The notes under the pieces: generated by a model | Seen by the model: only the letters and a program-made list of their open reading frames with translations | Databases searched by the model: none | Told to the model about the DNA's origin: nothing | Shown here: positions 62,354-64,000 of the stretch, in pieces | Numbering within the stretch: position 1 is the first letter of the stretch | Layout of the letters: every line of letters starts with the position of its first letter | Made by a program: the position numbers and the translations under genes | DNA from: Trypanosoma brucei | Taxonomy: Eukaryota | Length of the DNA: 64,000 nt | Assembly (NCBI GenBank): GCA_000002445.1 | Contig: CP000070.1 | Location: 1,824,001-1,888,000, forward strand | Reading direction: 5' to 3'

Positions 62354-63999
62354 ATCTCACCTGGCGCTCGGCGGGCAACCGATATGTCTTAATGTCCCTA
62401 TCAAAGTGCAGTACGATTGACATGCGGCAGCACGCGCACACGTCGACAACTGCACCTCACCAGCGTGTCAGTAACACAAAACGTCAACAGCACAAAAGAT
62501 TTTTCTCCACAAGCACATAAGGTTTCCCATCGGCAAATCTGAACATCTAACAGAAAGAAATTTTGCCCGCTTTGTACATGGCTGGATGCCCTCCACTTAC
62601 TAACCTGTTCTCTATTAAGAGAGGTTGGCGTCAAAGAATGTCTCAAGTCTCAAGAGCATCACGTTTGGTTGTGAAGAACAAAGTCTGCAGTAACCTTGAG
62701 TGCATCCAAAAAACAATAGCTGAAAGGATCCAAACGCCAACGCCACCAGTTCCAAAAATAATGGCTGATCACACTAAGTGTACGCGGACCCATACAGTTA
62801 ATCTACAAGTCAATTTTGTCATCAACAGAGTGCCGTCCTGTAAGTACCAAAGAAAGTGTGGTACAGGTAATTTCAACCTACAATATGAATTTCTTTTCAA
62901 AACTTCACACCTACGCAGCTGCGAAGTGCAGCTGCCCGTTGAATAGACATATGCGCACGCACACACGAAAAAACAAAAAGACTCCCCGACTGCTTCACGT
63001 GGGTTACGATGGAGGTCCATCCCTCTAAACTGTACGACTGGAGCACCCAGTACATCCGCTTCAGTATCATCATGTGACACTTGAGAAAAAGAGTACGGGT
63101 GTCAGTGCCCTTAGTGAGCACAGAAAGAAAAAGAGCACAACTCTCAAGGCAACCGCATGATTGATACGCAGATTGATGAGTGTCGGAAACGAAAAAAGGT
63201 GTTTGAAATCAAAGGGGGCAATCCATCCTCAGAGCTTGTTTCCACCTACTAAAGGGCGATAAAGCCGTTCTGTGCAATGAGTCTCTTCAACGTATAACAT
63301 CAAAACTCAACATTAACGCGTCGTCCTTGTTAGAATTACTAACGATATATCTCACAAACTAAAACCTAAGTTTTTGGCTCACGTCGTGCCGCGGTAACCA
63401 GCAGAGAGGATGTGCACGTGTACGCACAAAAGTGGGAGGATGGTCCAAATATAGGGGGAAAAACCATACGTGACAAATTTTTAACCCCAACCTACAACCT
63501 TGGAAATAGGACAAGGTGTTGCACACGCATCAACACTGCCCCTATCATCCAAGTCAGTGGGTCACAATGCGTCAAGTAATGCCACGCTCTCAGAGAGGGG
63601 TTATGGCTTACGAACTCAGTAACGACAGAAATGGTGTCAAGCATACGTCAACTTTCCATTCCATCAAACACCGACTCAGTAATTTTTTTTCAGCTCCTTA
63701 AATATTGCTCTTCCACGGGTGGGCCAACAATACACTCTATACAACAGCCTTTACCACCGATTTGACCTCCTCAATAAGTGTATTTCTCTAGTTCCCGAGA
63801 GGAAAATCTTGTATTGAACCGGGCGTTCCACCGACTGTCCCATCTACCATTTACATTCATGATCCACTTCTTCTGTAATATTATGCCCTCCTCCGCTCCA
63901 TTCGGTATTTCATGCTGAGAACCACATCAGACCGTATGTGTGAAGGGCTCAGAATACTATGAACACACCACCACTGCAATTGGGTGTTTTCGCCTTGGC
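62354..63999 (+). mobile_element. Candidate degenerate non-LTR retroposon remnant (ingi/RIME/DIRE/L1Tc clade). Its 5' end is in the window and the body runs off the right edge
   Basis: cctggcgctcggcgggcaaccgatatgtcttaatgtccctatcaaagtgcagtacgattgacatgcggcagc at 62354-62430 resembles, from memory, the conserved roughly 77-79-nt 5' signature shared by trypanosomatid ingi/RIME, L1Tc/NARTc, DIRE and SIDER elements. The downstream 1.6 kb is complex, not low-complexity, yet has no ORF longer than 127 codons in any frame. All six frames are closed within 100 nt of the right edge. Degenerate elements of this kind often sit at the boundaries of directional gene clusters. The call is recollection-based. 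Confidence 0.3.
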
Positions 64000-64000
64000 C

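Noticed and set aside
1-63999. Search for prokaryote-style systems: CRISPR arrays, operons with RM/toxin-antitoxin/defence genes, integrases, rRNA
   Set aside because: The window has the architecture of kinetoplastid nuclear DNA, with unidirectional long ORFs and microsatellite-rich spacers. No evenly spaced direct repeats with unique spacers, no Shine-Dalgarno-type operon structure and no recombinase, transposase, Cas or rRNA signatures are present.

Overview
This window looks like kinetoplastid (Trypanosoma-type, most like T. brucei) nuclear DNA, not a prokaryotic locus. Every convincing gene is on the minus strand, forming one head-to-tail gene array of the kind seen in a polycistronic transcription unit. 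The genes sit in GC-richer islands of complex sequence. Between them are long AT-rich, low-complexity intergenic stretches full of (TA)n, (CA/GT)n, (GA/CT)n, homopolymer runs and short tandem repeats. I support 15 protein-coding genes. These include a MEKK/STE11-like kinase with a poly-acidic tract and a PB1-like domain, an RFC/Ctf18-like AAA+ clamp-loader subunit, a PP2A B'' (PR72-like) EF-hand regulatory subunit, an acyl-CoA-binding protein and a DnaJ-domain membrane protein. Others are a 3030-aa signal-peptide/C-terminal multi-TM giant protein, an MGCG (myristoylation/palmitoylation-motif) protein, coiled-coil proteins, and a 983-codon gene at the left edge that the ORF track omits because it runs off the window. 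The ORF track also appears to use bacterial alternative start codons (GTG/TTG printed as M), so several starts were moved to the first ATG. The most notable structural signals are a 521-bp direct repeat that looks 100% identical between copies and flanks the PP2A B'' gene; an ORF-free, complex right-hand ~2.6 kb whose first ~80 bp resemble the conserved 5' signature of ingi/RIME/L1Tc/DIRE-type retroposons, a call made from recollection, not comparison; and a 978-codon open frame on the minus strand at the left edge. I see no CRISPR array, rRNA or tRNA, and no prokaryotic defence-type system.
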